Of a stretch of DNA of 64,000 nt, positions 47,998-58,100 are shown one piece after another. A program made the translations under genes and the position numbers. Position 1 is the first letter of the stretch, and every line of letters starts with the position of its first letter. The notes beneath the pieces were generated by a model that searched no databases, was not told the origin of the DNA, and worked only from the letters and a program-made list of their open reading frames with translations. Where the stretch lies: positions 8,171 to 72,170 of the forward strand of contig JBLKOU010000001.1 of NCBI GenBank assembly GCA_047603125.1, written 5' to 3'. This stretch comes from Candidatus Woesearchaeota archaeon. GTDB lineage: Archaea; Nanobdellota; Nanobdellia; Woesearchaeales; DATGWN01.

Positions 47998-48932
47998 AGT
48001 ATGGCTTGTATATACGTGTCGATCCCTTCGTTGAGCTAGATTTTTCAAATGCAAGTCAAAAGTATAAACCAACTATTCAAGGCGATGCAGTTGAAATTAC
48101 TCGAAAAAAAAATGCAGGGGAGTTTGATGCAGACGTACCTGAATATACGCATATCAGTAGCAATAAAAATCAACGCATACTTATTACTGATGATGTTGCA
48201 AAAACGATTTCTCACGGTGTTATAGTTGAATGTTTTACCAATTGTCAAATTCATTATCAACTGACTTCAAAAGCTCAAGCTCTTGTGAAATTACCAATTA
48301 TTATTATTGCACATGCAAATAGTCATGTTGAATTTTTTGGAACAATTCGCCCAGAAAATTCTCATGCGGTGATTTCTCGAACGGCTAGAGTTTTAGAAGG
48401 TGCAAGAGTGGACTGGAATGAGTTACATATTGGTGGAGATTTTATTCGAGCGCCTTATTTGAATCTTTTAGAAAAACCAGAAGCCACAGGTAATATTCGT
48501 GTGTATTCGGTTGCAAGAGATGAGCATAAACACGACATTTATACTGAATCGCGACATATTGCCAATCATACCAATAGCGATATTATTACACGAAGCGTTC
48601 TTTTAGATAAATCGCAAACATTGAGTAGAGGGCTTGTTCGAATTGAAAAGGATGCATTTGGTTCACAAGGATATGAAAAACAAGACGCACTCCTTTTAGG
48701 TGAGCACGCGCAAGCTGATGCCATACCAAATTTAGAAATACAAAACCACGATGTCAGTTGTAGTCATGGTTCAACTGTAGGTCGCATTGATCAAGATGCG
48801 CTTTTCTATTTGAGAAGTCGTGGGATTTCATTGGAACAAGCGCAGCGTCTCATTATTTATAGTTACTTTGCTCCCTTTTTAGAAAATCAAGAGTCTGTTG
48901 CAAAAATACTTCAAGAGGTCTTAGAATTATGA
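47994..48932 (+). CDS. sufD: Fe-S cluster assembly protein SufD
   Basis: C-terminal helical SufBD signature (DALFYLRSRGISLEQAQRLIIYSYF); ATGA coupling to sufB. Confidence 0.85.
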   Translation: MKYGLYIRVDPFVELDFSNASQKYKPTIQGDAVEITRKKNAGEFDADVPEYTHISSNKNQRILITDDVAKTISHGVIVECFTNCQIHYQLTSKAQALVKLPIIIIAHANSHVEFFGTIRPENSHAVISRTARVLEGARVDWNELHIGGDFIRAPYLNLLEKPEATGNIRVYSVARDEHKHDIYTESRHIANHTNSDIITRSVLLDKSQTLSRGLVRIEKDAFGSQGYEKQDALLLGEHAQADAIPNLEIQNHDVSCSHGSTVGRIDQDALFYLRSRGISLEQAQRLIIYSYFAPFLENQESVAKILQEVLEL

Positions 48933-50077
48933 TGCAAAAGGCAGATTTTCCTTTCTTTGAAAAAAATCCAAATTTACTTTATTTAGATTCTGCTGCGACA
49001 TCTCTCAAGCCACAAGTGATGATTGATGCTGTTCAACAGTACTATACTGCACAAAGTGTAAGTGTGCATCGTGGATTATATCCTTTAGCAAAAAAAGTAA
49101 CGGATGAATTTGAAATGGCACGATCAATTATTGCGCAGGCAATAAACGCGAGACCCGAACAAATCGTTTTTGTGCCAAGTGTTACGTATGCATTGACAAT
49201 GCTTGCTAATAATCTTGCTTGCGGTAAACGGGTGTTATTGACAGACTTAGAACATCATGCAAATCTTGTCTGCTGGCTTGAGCAAAAAAAGAAGGGCGCG
49301 CATATTGATTTTTTATCGTTGACTCAAACCTTTGATGTGGAGTATGATGTGAACAAAATAAAAAACGCATCTATTATTTCTACAACGCATGTCTCAAATG
49401 TGACCGGAACAGTTGTTGATGTGAAACGACTGCGTCAATTTTCGCCAAATGCAACAATTATTGTCGATGGGGCACAAGCATTTGGACATATGCCTGTAGA
49501 TGTACAAGAATTAGATTGTGATTTTTATGTTTTTAGTGCACATAAATCGCTTGGGCCAACGGGCCTGGGTATGTTGTATGTGAAAGATCCTGAAGCTTTG
49601 AATCCTTTTGTTTTTGGGGGCAATATGGTTGAGCAAGTAACACAAAAGGGTGCGACATTTGTTAAAGCTCCCCATGTATTTGAAGCAGGAACACCTGCGA
49701 TTGCACAAGTCCTTGGTTTTGCAAAGTCGGTTGCATATTTACAAGAGCATTCAATTGAGCGTATTCACTCCTACATTTGTGGGTTGACAAATTTTGCAAA
49801 AGAACAACTCTCACAAATTCAAGGTTGTACATTGTATGTGCATGAACAGAGTCCGGGAATACTCTCATTTTCTGTTTCTGGTAAGCATGCACAAGATATA
49901 GTAACATTTTTAGGAGAAAGAGGCGTTTGTGTTCGTTCGGGTCATCACTGTGCAATGCCACTTATTGAAAAAATTTGTAAAGAGGGTACTGTTCGTGTAA
50001 GTTTACATGCATATAATACAAAAGAGGATATACAATTGTTTTGTAAATATTTACAAGAAGTATTACAGGTGATATAA
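48929..50077 (+). CDS. sufS: cysteine desulfurase SufS (class V aminotransferase)
   Basis: LYLDSAATSLKP, PLP-Lys region FYVFSAHKSLGPTGLGMLYV, C-terminal catalytic Cys (SGHHCAMP). Confidence 0.9.
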   Translation: MMQKADFPFFEKNPNLLYLDSAATSLKPQVMIDAVQQYYTAQSVSVHRGLYPLAKKVTDEFEMARSIIAQAINARPEQIVFVPSVTYALTMLANNLACGKRVLLTDLEHHANLVCWLEQKKKGAHIDFLSLTQTFDVEYDVNKIKNASIISTTHVSNVTGTVVDVKRLRQFSPNATIIVDGAQAFGHMPVDVQELDCDFYVFSAHKSLGPTGLGMLYVKDPEALNPFVFGGNMVEQVTQKGATFVKAPHVFEAGTPAIAQVLGFAKSVAYLQEHSIERIHSYICGLTNFAKEQLSQIQGCTLYVHEQSPGILSFSVSGKHAQDIVTFLGERGVCVRSGHHCAMPLIEKICKEGTVRVSLHAYNTKEDIQLFCKYLQEVLQVI

Positions 50078-50808
50078 TGTTAGAAATAAAAGATCTTCAT
50101 GTAGAAATTGATGGAAAAAAAATATTGAAAGGATTAAACTTGACAATACAAAAGGGAAAGGTTCATGCACTTATGGGACCAAATGGCTCAGGAAAATCAA
50201 CACTAGCAAATGTTATTATGGGTCATCCAAAATATGAGATAACGCAGGGTCAGATTTTACTTGATGGAAAAGATATTACAGAATTAGAAGCAGATGAGCG
50301 TTCTCGAGCAGGTTTATTTTTATCGTTTCAGTATCCTCAAGAAATCCCTGGTTTGACAATTAATCAATATCTTCGAGCGATTACTAATGAACATCGAGAG
50401 AAAAAATTATCAATATTACAATTCAAAAAAGAATTAGGTGAAAAGCTTGCACTTTTAGATATGAGTCCTGAATTTACGTCTCGGTATTTAAATCACGGCT
50501 TTTCTGGTGGAGAAAAAAAACGAAGTGAGATTTTACAATTATTGCTCGTAAATCCGCGAGTAGCAATATTGGATGAAACTGATAGTGGTCTTGATATTGA
50601 TGCACTCAAAGCAGTTTCTCAAGGGGTAAATGTCTATATGGGTGGCGAGAAGGCAGTGCTCATAATTACACATTATAAGAGAATTCTCGAGCATATCAAA
50701 CCGGACAAACTTTCAATACTCATTGATGGAAAAATCGCACTTGATGGTGATGGTTCCCTTGTTGACCAATTAGAAGCAAAAGGGTATGGCTGGATTGAGC
50801 ATGATTGA
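50077..50808 (+). CDS. sufC: Fe-S cluster assembly ATPase SufC
   Basis: Walker A GPNGSGKST, signature FSGGEKKR, Walker B ILDETDSGLD. Confidence 0.9.
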   Translation: MLEIKDLHVEIDGKKILKGLNLTIQKGKVHALMGPNGSGKSTLANVIMGHPKYEITQGQILLDGKDITELEADERSRAGLFLSFQYPQEIPGLTINQYLRAITNEHREKKLSILQFKKELGEKLALLDMSPEFTSRYLNHGFSGGEKKRSEILQLLLVNPRVAILDETDSGLDIDALKAVSQGVNVYMGGEKAVLIITHYKRILEHIKPDKLSILIDGKIALDGDGSLVDQLEAKGYGWIEHD

Positions 50809-50816
50809 TTGCATGG

Positions 50817-51521
50817 TCATTTTTGAAATGTTTTATGGACAGTGATGTCTGTAAATTTTCCATTTTCTATATTGCGCGAAATTTCTTGAATAGTGAATGT
50901 TTTTTCTTGAAATGTATTAACGTGGAGTAATAAGTCAGGAATATGATTAATTTTGGGAATATGATTAATATCAAACCATTGCAGTTCTCCTTCTTTATGA
51001 TTTTCTAACTGTGTTCCTTTCGGATTATCAACTCGGACGCTATAGAGTATATGACTGTAAGTAAATTGGTTATCTTCATAGGTATGGATGTGTTTTATTC
51101 CAGAAAATGTTAAATCTCCGGTTAGTCCTGTCTCTTCTAAGAGTTCAGTTGCTGCTGTTTGAGAAAGAAATTGGTCAAACTCAATCTTTCCTCCAGGGAG
51201 TCCCCAAAGATTCTTGAAAGGTTCTTTTGCACGCTTCATGAGAAGTATTTTATTATCTTTGAAAATACCCAAAACGACAACACTCAATGGTTGTTTTGTT
51301 TTCTTTCCGCTCTCCCCATTGATAAATGTGACATGCCCTTTTCCTTTTGTTGTTAATGAATATGAGCCGTCTTCTTGCTTGAAAATCAGGTTCTGTTCTT
51401 CAAGCATTTGAATGTGGTATGCAAATGTATTTGATCTTCCTTTTTTTTGCCACAATTCGTTAAACGATTGTTTTGAGTGGTAGAGGAGTTGTTTGAGTAT
51501 TTGTTCTTGAATTTCGTTCAT
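50817..51521 (-). CDS. winged-helix DNA-binding domain fused to NUDIX hydrolase (NrtR-like, inverted domain order)
   Basis: N-terminal HTH (ILKQLLYHSKQSFNELWQ...) plus Nudix box GGKIEFDQFLSQTAATELLEETG. Confidence 0.65.
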   Translation of the reverse strand: MNEIQEQILKQLLYHSKQSFNELWQKKGRSNTFAYHIQMLEEQNLIFKQEDGSYSLTTKGKGHVTFINGESGKKTKQPLSVVVLGIFKDNKILLMKRAKEPFKNLWGLPGGKIEFDQFLSQTAATELLEETGLTGDLTFSGIKHIHTYEDNQFTYSHILYSVRVDNPKGTQLENHKEGELQWFDINHIPKINHIPDLLLHVNTFQEKTFTIQEISRNIENGKFTDITVHKTFQK

Positions 51522-51581
51522 GGGATTAGGGTAGTTGCTTGTTATATATAAATTACTATCTCAAAATAATTTGACAAGCGA

Positions 51582-52643
51582 TTAGTCTTTCTCTTCAATA
51601 ATCCCGCCACCATAGCAATAAAAGTCATCATAGAATACGGCAAACTGTCCTGGCGCAATTCCTTGGTCATTTCCGTCAATTTGAACAAAGTATTCATCAT
51701 TTTCTTGTTTGATTGTGCAGGAGTAGATTTGTTTTCCATGCCTGAGTTTTACTTTGAGTTTTGTTAAAGGGGGCTGAGTGGGAATCCAGTTTATGTTTTT
51801 TACCCAAAATGAGTTTCGTTGTTTTTGCTCATAGTTGTTTGAGATATATATGATATTTTTTTGTGCGTCTTTTTTAACAACATACCATGGGCCATGATTG
51901 AGTCCTTCCCCAATTGCGCGTCGTTGTCCGAGCGTATAAAACCAATAACCTTTATGTGTTCCAACTTTTTTTTGCGTATCTATATCAATGATGTCTCCAG
52001 GTTTAGTGCCGAGATAATGTTCTAAAAAATCGCTGTATTTAATTTTTCCAAGAAAGCAGATTCCTTGCGAGTCTTTTCTGTCTTTGTTTGGAAGTTGAAA
52101 CGTTTGAGCGAGTTGGCGAATTTCTTGTTTGGTATAAGGTGCAAGCGGAAATAACGCTCGCGCAAGTTGTTTTTGTGACATACGTGCAAGAAAATAGGTT
52201 TGATCTTTTATTGGATCGCGAACGCGTTTGAGTTTGTAGCCGTGGGGTGTTTTTTCTATATCTGCATAATGTCCTGTTGCAACTTTTTCAAATGAGTCAT
52301 CAATTGCATCAAAAAAGGCATCAAATTTTACAGTGGCATTACAGAGCATGTCAGGGTTAGGCGTCCTGCCTTGCTTTACCTCTGCAATTGCATAGCTGAC
52401 TACTCGTTCCCAATAGTGTTTTTGCAAATTAATAATTTTTAGAGGGATGTGTAATTGTGAACAAACCTTTTGTACATATTCGAGATCTTCTTGCCAGGGA
52501 CAAGTTCCTAAATAGGAAACATCATCTTCTAGCCAAATTTTCAGATAAAATGCGTGCACATCATGACCTTGTTTTTGCAAAAGTGCAAGGGCTACTGATG
52601 AGTCAACTCCTCCTGAGACAAGTACGGCTATTTTCATACTCAT
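51582..52643 (-). CDS. mnmA: tRNA-specific 2-thiouridylase MnmA (bacterial type)
   Basis: PP-loop SGGVDSS, TPNPDMLCN catalytic Cys region; start at ATG 52643/52637. Confidence 0.85.
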   Translation of the reverse strand: MSMKIAVLVSGGVDSSVALALLQKQGHDVHAFYLKIWLEDDVSYLGTCPWQEDLEYVQKVCSQLHIPLKIINLQKHYWERVVSYAIAEVKQGRTPNPDMLCNATVKFDAFFDAIDDSFEKVATGHYADIEKTPHGYKLKRVRDPIKDQTYFLARMSQKQLARALFPLAPYTKQEIRQLAQTFQLPNKDRKDSQGICFLGKIKYSDFLEHYLGTKPGDIIDIDTQKKVGTHKGYWFYTLGQRRAIGEGLNHGPWYVVKKDAQKNIIYISNNYEQKQRNSFWVKNINWIPTQPPLTKLKVKLRHGKQIYSCTIKQENDEYFVQIDGNDQGIAPGQFAVFYDDFYCYGGGIIEEKD

Positions 52644-52734
52644 TGGTATATTTGGTTTATTTAAAAAGATAGTTGGTTTTTTGTGTGAGTTGTCTTTCAG
52701 AATACTTTTAAACAATGAGTTTTTTTGTAAATAT

Positions 52735-52965
52735 ATGAAAACGAAAAAAATACTCTTGCAACTACCCACATGTCCGTATTGTGCACGAGCACGAGGGGCA
52801 TTAGATGAGAAAAAAATTGAGTATGAGATTATGAATGTTAAACCTGATGATCGTACGCTTGTAAAGCTGCTTTCAGGTCAAGAATCCGTACCGATTTTAG
52901 TTGAAGTTGTAGGGAGCGAGAACCAAGATGTTGATATAGAGAAATGGGCACATGAAAACTTTTGA
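52735..52965 (+). CDS. glutaredoxin-like thioredoxin-fold protein
   Basis: CPYC active site; start at internal ATG 52735. Confidence 0.7.
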   Translation: MKTKKILLQLPTCPYCARARGALDEKKIEYEIMNVKPDDRTLVKLLSGQESVPILVEVVGSENQDVDIEKWAHENF

Positions 52966-53401
52966 TTTTTCGCTAAAAGATAAGGATGGAGTTGTCCATG
53001 CGTTGAGTAAGTGCTCGCATGAAATAGTTGTATTGTTTTTTTATCCAAAAGATAATACACCGGGTTGTTCAATTGAGTCTAAAGAATTTTCTCATTTGTA
53101 TGAGCAGTTTTTATCTCAGGGTATTCAGGTGTTTGGAATTTCAGGTGGTGATCAACAATCAAAGGAGAAATTCTGTGAGAAATATAATTTGCAAATGCCA
53201 ATGTTAATTGACACGGACTTTTCTGTTAGCAAAGAATTTGGTGTTTATGGTGAGAAATCATTTATGGGAAAAAAATATATGGGTCTAAGTCGAGAAACAT
53301 TTGTGCTTGATAAAAATCGAAAAGTAGTGAAACATTTTCCCAAAGTTAAACCCTTAGGACACGCAAAGGAAGTATTAGAGTGGATACAAGACAATATGTA
53401 A
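52952..53401 (+). CDS. bcp: peroxiredoxin Bcp (AhpC/TSA family)
   Basis: FFYPKDNTPGCS peroxidatic Cys motif. Confidence 0.85.
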   Translation: MKTFDFSLKDKDGVVHALSKCSHEIVVLFFYPKDNTPGCSIESKEFSHLYEQFLSQGIQVFGISGGDQQSKEKFCEKYNLQMPMLIDTDFSVSKEFGVYGEKSFMGKKYMGLSRETFVLDKNRKVVKHFPKVKPLGHAKEVLEWIQDNM

Positions 53402-53829
53402 CGGTTGCATTTATTATTGCAAGTATTGTTAATTTTTTTCTTTCTGTATTTATTTATCTTTCAAAAATTCAAGCAAATCTAGGGGCTGATGGTGCACTTA
53501 CCGGCTGTTTTTTGGATGGTGGTTGTGGGACTGTGCAAACAAGTCATTATGCGACGACGCTTGGTATTTCTAATCCATTATATGGGGTTGTTGCGTTCTT
53601 TTTCTTGACTGTATTTTTCACGTGGTCTCTGTTTGCAAACCCGAAGTATGGGTTAATTGCTTTTGTTGATGGTGTTATGGCGCTTGGAACATTGTTTTCT
53701 GTGTGGTTGCTGTATGTGCAGTATATTATCTTGCAAGAAACATGCATCTATTGTTTATGGGTGGATAGTATTATGATTGGTATGTTTATCGTATACTTTG
53801 CATATTGGCGCTGGTTTTTTGTGAAATAG
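53380..53829 (+). CDS. vitamin K epoxide reductase (VKOR) family membrane oxidoreductase
   Basis: Loop Cys pair TGCFLDGGCG and TM CxxC (TCIYCLW); 4-5 TM. Confidence 0.7.
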   Translation: MDTRQYVTVAFIIASIVNFFLSVFIYLSKIQANLGADGALTGCFLDGGCGTVQTSHYATTLGISNPLYGVVAFFFLTVFFTWSLFANPKYGLIAFVDGVMALGTLFSVWLLYVQYIILQETCIYCLWVDSIMIGMFIVYFAYWRWFFVK

Positions 53830-53920
53830 GTGTGTGGATACTCTGAGAATGTTTTATAAAGGTGTTTGCTAAAAAAATACCTATGGCAGATTTGAAATTA
53901 GTAAGCATGGGATTTTTTAT

Positions 53921-54253
53921 GTGCATCATTGGATTACTTATTCTTGGGCTCCTTGGATTTTATTCGGGCTGATGGTTTTAGGCATTGGCTTAGGAAAGGG
54001 CGAGGATTCTTTTTCTTTTAAACCATTGCTGATTATATTTGTCGTAGTTTTTCTGCTTGGAGCGTTTGTCGTCCAGTCAACAAAACCCTTGGCTGTCTAT
54101 TCATTTTCTGAAACGTGTGATTCTTCAGGTCCTGTAATTTATCCTATGGAGTATTATAGTGAGTGCCAGCGTGCATGTGCGAAGTTTGATAATGCGCATT
54201 CACACATTGAATGTACGAGCGGCGTTTTGCATTGTGTGTGCAGGGAACGGTGA
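53921..54253 (+). CDS. membrane-anchored protein with Cys-rich C-terminal domain (possible VKOR substrate/partner)
   Basis: 2 TM then 7 Cys in 50 aa. Confidence 0.4.
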   Translation: MHHWITYSWAPWILFGLMVLGIGLGKGEDSFSFKPLLIIFVVVFLLGAFVVQSTKPLAVYSFSETCDSSGPVIYPMEYYSECQRACAKFDNAHSHIECTSGVLHCVCRER

Positions 54254-54349
54254 AAAGTTTAGGTGTTGGGTTGCTAAATATATTGTAATCTTGCTCTAAT
54301 GAACTAAAAAATCACAACATTTATAAAGAGAACATACATACCGGTTGGT

Positions 54350-54904
54350 ATGTCAACAAAAGACAAGATACTTGCAACGGCATTTATGCTATTTGCAAGA
54401 CAGGGTTTTGAAGCAACAGGTGTGAATCAAATAGTCTCCAAAGCAAAAGTCACAAAGGGCGCGCTCTATCATCACTTTTCAAGTAAGGATGAGTTATTGT
54501 TGGCAGTCATAGATTATATTCAGGAAGCTGGACGTGAGCAGCTTCAATTTCAAGCAAAAAATAAAACTGATTTTAAAAAAAAGCTTTTGGATTTTTCTCA
54601 GACGCATCAAAATTTCATACGAAAGAATGCTGATTTATTGAATTTTAATTTGGAATTACTTATGCTTGCTAGAAAAAATGCTGATCTGAAAAAAACAATA
54701 TTGGCAAAAAGTGATGAAAGTTTACAAATCATTGTCAGCATTGTCGAACAAGGAAAGGCTTATGGGTACTTTTCCAATCAAGACCCAAAACTATTAGTAT
54801 TAAAAATTGTCATGATGTTAAAATCAATGGGAATCTTTTTTTCCATGGGTATTAAAGAAGATTATACGAGTGTTTGGAAATCGTTTGTGGGTGATGTGTT
54901 ATGA
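54350..54904 (+). CDS. TetR-family transcriptional regulator
   Basis: N-terminal HTH ILATAFMLFARQGFEATGVNQIVSKAKVTKGALYHHF. Confidence 0.8.
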   Translation: MSTKDKILATAFMLFARQGFEATGVNQIVSKAKVTKGALYHHFSSKDELLLAVIDYIQEAGREQLQFQAKNKTDFKKKLLDFSQTHQNFIRKNADLLNFNLELLMLARKNADLKKTILAKSDESLQIIVSIVEQGKAYGYFSNQDPKLLVLKIVMMLKSMGIFFSMGIKEDYTSVWKSFVGDVL

Positions 54905-55632
54905 CGGATGTCGTTATTGAATTAAAGGATGTGAAAAAAATATACAAAATGGGTAAAACCAAAGTCCATGCGCTTGACGGTGTAACATTACAAGTAAAAA
55001 AAGGAGAGTTTGTCTCTATTGTTGGAAAGTCGGGGAGTGGAAAATCGACGCTTGTTAATCAAGTAGGATGCCTTGATACGCCAACTACGGGAGAAGTATT
55101 GCTTTCTGGAAAAAATATTGCAAAATTACATGAAAGTCGACTTGCACAAATTCGTGGGAAAAAAATTGGTTTTATATTTCAAACATTTAATCTCATGCCG
55201 ACATTGAGCGTGTATGAAAATATTGCATTGCCAATGGCGTTTCAGGGAATAAGTGATAGTGCGATGGATAAAAATGTTAAAATGGCGCTTGAGCTTGTTG
55301 ATCTTCAAGACCGTGCGCACCATAAACCTGCGGAATTATCTGGTGGGCAGCGACAGAGAGTTGCAATTGCGCGTGCACTTGCAAATAATCCAGAAGTTAT
55401 TCTTGCAGATGAGCCAACTGGAAACCTCGATAGTAAAACGGGAAGACAGATAATGGAGTTTTTACTGCAACTACATGAGAAAAATAGTGTTACTATAATT
55501 ATGGTAACACATGATGACGATTTAGCCAAATGGGCACAGAGAACAGTAGTGCTTTCTGATGGTAAAATAATCAAAGAACTAAAACATACAAAGGCGGTGC
55601 GAACTGCCGCAATAAAAGCATATAGAGGTTGA
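54901..55632 (+). CDS. ABC transporter ATP-binding protein (MacB/LolD/FtsE type)
   Basis: Walker A GKSGSGKST, signature LSGGQRQRVAIARAL, Walker B ILADEPTGNLD. Confidence 0.9.
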   Translation: MTDVVIELKDVKKIYKMGKTKVHALDGVTLQVKKGEFVSIVGKSGSGKSTLVNQVGCLDTPTTGEVLLSGKNIAKLHESRLAQIRGKKIGFIFQTFNLMPTLSVYENIALPMAFQGISDSAMDKNVKMALELVDLQDRAHHKPAELSGGQRQRVAIARALANNPEVILADEPTGNLDSKTGRQIMEFLLQLHEKNSVTIIMVTHDDDLAKWAQRTVVLSDGKIIKELKHTKAVRTAAIKAYRG

Positions 55633-56867
55633 ACATGAAAAAAATATATACTGCAATAGTACTGATGTTAATGCTTCCCATAGTCGCATTTGCAACAGAT
55701 GATCAAACATTGCTTCGCGTTGAGTTTTTAAACCAACGACCTGATCCTGTAGAGCCAGGTTCATTTGTCGAGCTTCGATGGCGTGTCAATAATTTAGGGG
55801 GAGAATCAAAGAATTTTGTTTTTGAAATAGTCCCTTCTGATACATTTCGCATTAGTGAAGGAGAACGCCAGATTGAAAGAACAATTGGAGGGTTTGCAAG
55901 TAGCAATAATGCGGCAACGATATTTTATCGAGTAGCTGTAGATCAGGGTGCAACAGAAGGTGATAATAAAATTCGTCTGCGATACTATTCAAAAGATCAG
56001 CCCCATGTTGTGCGAGAAATTGAGCAAACAGTTCGCATTGAATCCCAGCAAGGATTAGTACAAATTGCAAATGTTCAAGTAGATCCTGCAAAAATAAAAA
56101 TTGGTGAAACATTTGAAGTTTCTTTAGATGTGAATAATTTAGGAACGCAGTTTTTAAATAATGTTCAACTTCGACTTATTACAGATAACACTGGTTTTGT
56201 TCCAATTGGTTCGTCCAATCAAAAAGTTATTCGTCAAATTCCCGGTCAAGGAGAAGGGTCATTTTCCTTTACATTTTTAGCAGACTCTTCGACACAGGTT
56301 CGAGCGTATACAATACCTGCGATTTTAACATATACGGATAACCTGGGTCGTGCTTATGAGCAGTCAACAAACATTGGTTTATCCATTGATGGAACACCAA
56401 AATACTTGACCAATATCGAGAGAAGTGAAATCATTACATCCGGTTCATCAGGAGAAATTGTTGTTTCTGTTTCTAATATAGGAAAGGGAAATATGAATTT
56501 TGTTGTGCTTGAACTCATGGATACGCAAGATTACACGGTGTTGACGCCACGTTCCTCAGCAAAAGATTATTTGGGAAATTTAGAAAGCGATGATTTTCAG
56601 ACATCTCAATACCAGATTCATGTAAAAAACACGGATAAAGAAGAAATTCCGCTTCGCTTTACTATGTATTATAATGATGCATATAATAAAGCCTATACTG
56701 ATCAATTTGAAATTCCGCTCCGTGTTTTCACACCAGATCAGGCACGTGAAGTTGGTTTGATTTCAAATGGTGGACCTGGATTTTTCACATACATTATACT
56801 CTTAGTCATTGTCGGTTTTGGAGTGTACTGGTATCGAAAGAAACGTCGTTTACAAGAAGAGGAGTAA
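55629..56867 (+). CDS. exported beta-rich protein with C-terminal TM anchor (DUF11/CARDB-like), ABC-associated
   Basis: Signal peptide, repetitive beta-strand pattern, C-terminal TM + RKKRR. Confidence 0.5.
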   Translation: MNMKKIYTAIVLMLMLPIVAFATDDQTLLRVEFLNQRPDPVEPGSFVELRWRVNNLGGESKNFVFEIVPSDTFRISEGERQIERTIGGFASSNNAATIFYRVAVDQGATEGDNKIRLRYYSKDQPHVVREIEQTVRIESQQGLVQIANVQVDPAKIKIGETFEVSLDVNNLGTQFLNNVQLRLITDNTGFVPIGSSNQKVIRQIPGQGEGSFSFTFLADSSTQVRAYTIPAILTYTDNLGRAYEQSTNIGLSIDGTPKYLTNIERSEIITSGSSGEIVVSVSNIGKGNMNFVVLELMDTQDYTVLTPRSSAKDYLGNLESDDFQTSQYQIHVKNTDKEEIPLRFTMYYNDAYNKAYTDQFEIPLRVFTPDQAREVGLISNGGPGFFTYIILLVIVGFGVYWYRKKRRLQEEE

Positions 56868-56881
56868 ACATATTTTTGTAA

Positions 56882-58099
56882 TTGACAATGATAAATCCTC
56901 GAGTATTCAAACTAGCAGTACATGCGATTCAATCGCGAAGTATACGTAGTTGGATTACTATTTTGGGAATCATTGTTTCAATTGCAGTTATTTTTATTTT
57001 ATTGACATTAACATCTGGTTTAACAGGTGCGATTGTTGAATTATTTGAAGATTTTGGAACAAATAGAATTTTTATTGCAAGTAGTGAAGCACAGATGGGT
57101 GACCCCAGTTCTCTCATGCGCTCTCGTCTTACTGATTCGTTGATTGATAGAATTGAACGAGAGCCCTATGTTGATGTAGCAATTGCCGGCAAGATGGACA
57201 TGACAATGGTGCGGTATAGAAATACCGATCGTTTTATTGCGCTATATGGATTGCCAAACACCAATGTGGATAAAGTCGCTCGCGCGTATGCATTTGATAG
57301 AGATCTTGACTCGGGAACATTTTGGAGAACCAATGAGCACAATGTCATTATTTTAGGATACAATGTTGCAAACAATCCTGACGATTATTTTGGTCGTGAA
57401 ATATTTTTACGAAATTCCATGACTATTGGGAATCAGTCCTTTCGAGTCATTGGTGTGTATAAACGCTTAGGAACGCCTGATGATGACTTAATTTATTTGC
57501 CGCTAGAAGATTTACGTCAACTAACTGGGGAGCAAGAACGCATAGATTTTATTGATGTGATTGTCAATCCGGGGTATGATATGCGTGTGGCAGAAGATCG
57601 GTTGACTCGTTTATTAGATCGACTTGTTGGTGAAGAAAATGTAATGATTATGACGCCAGAAGGAATACTTCGCCAGTTTGAGCAGATTCTTGGTATTGTG
57701 CAAGGGCTCTTATTGGCAATAGCATCAATTAGTTTATTGGTAGGTGCAATAGGTATTGCAAATACGATGTTTACGAGTGTTTTAGAGCGTGAAAAAGAAA
57801 TAGGCGTTCTCAAAGCTGTTGGTGCAAAAAATAGTGATATTTTGCAGTTGTTTATGTTTGAGAGTGGACTTATTGGACTTATAGGGGGCATTATTGGTGT
57901 GCTTATTGGAATCGGAGCATCGTACTTAATTGGTTTTATTGTCAGCTCCATTGGTTTTGAGTATTTACTCATCACTATATCGCCACTTTATGTGGCGTTT
58001 TGTTTATTGTTTGCATTTATTGTCGGAGCACTTTCGGGGTTTTTACCAAGTTATGTCGCATCCAGAAAAAAAATTGTGGACACATTGAGGGAACAATAA
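56882..58099 (+). CDS. ABC transporter permease, FtsX/MacB family
   Basis: TM1, large extracytoplasmic domain, three C-terminal TM with FtsX-family pattern. Confidence 0.8.
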   Translation: MTMINPRVFKLAVHAIQSRSIRSWITILGIIVSIAVIFILLTLTSGLTGAIVELFEDFGTNRIFIASSEAQMGDPSSLMRSRLTDSLIDRIEREPYVDVAIAGKMDMTMVRYRNTDRFIALYGLPNTNVDKVARAYAFDRDLDSGTFWRTNEHNVIILGYNVANNPDDYFGREIFLRNSMTIGNQSFRVIGVYKRLGTPDDDLIYLPLEDLRQLTGEQERIDFIDVIVNPGYDMRVAEDRLTRLLDRLVGEENVMIMTPEGILRQFEQILGIVQGLLLAIASISLLVGAIGIANTMFTSVLEREKEIGVLKAVGAKNSDILQLFMFESGLIGLIGGIIGVLIGIGASYLIGFIVSSIGFEYLLITISPLYVAFCLLFAFIVGALSGFLPSYVASRKKIVDTLREQ

Positions 58100-58100
58100 A

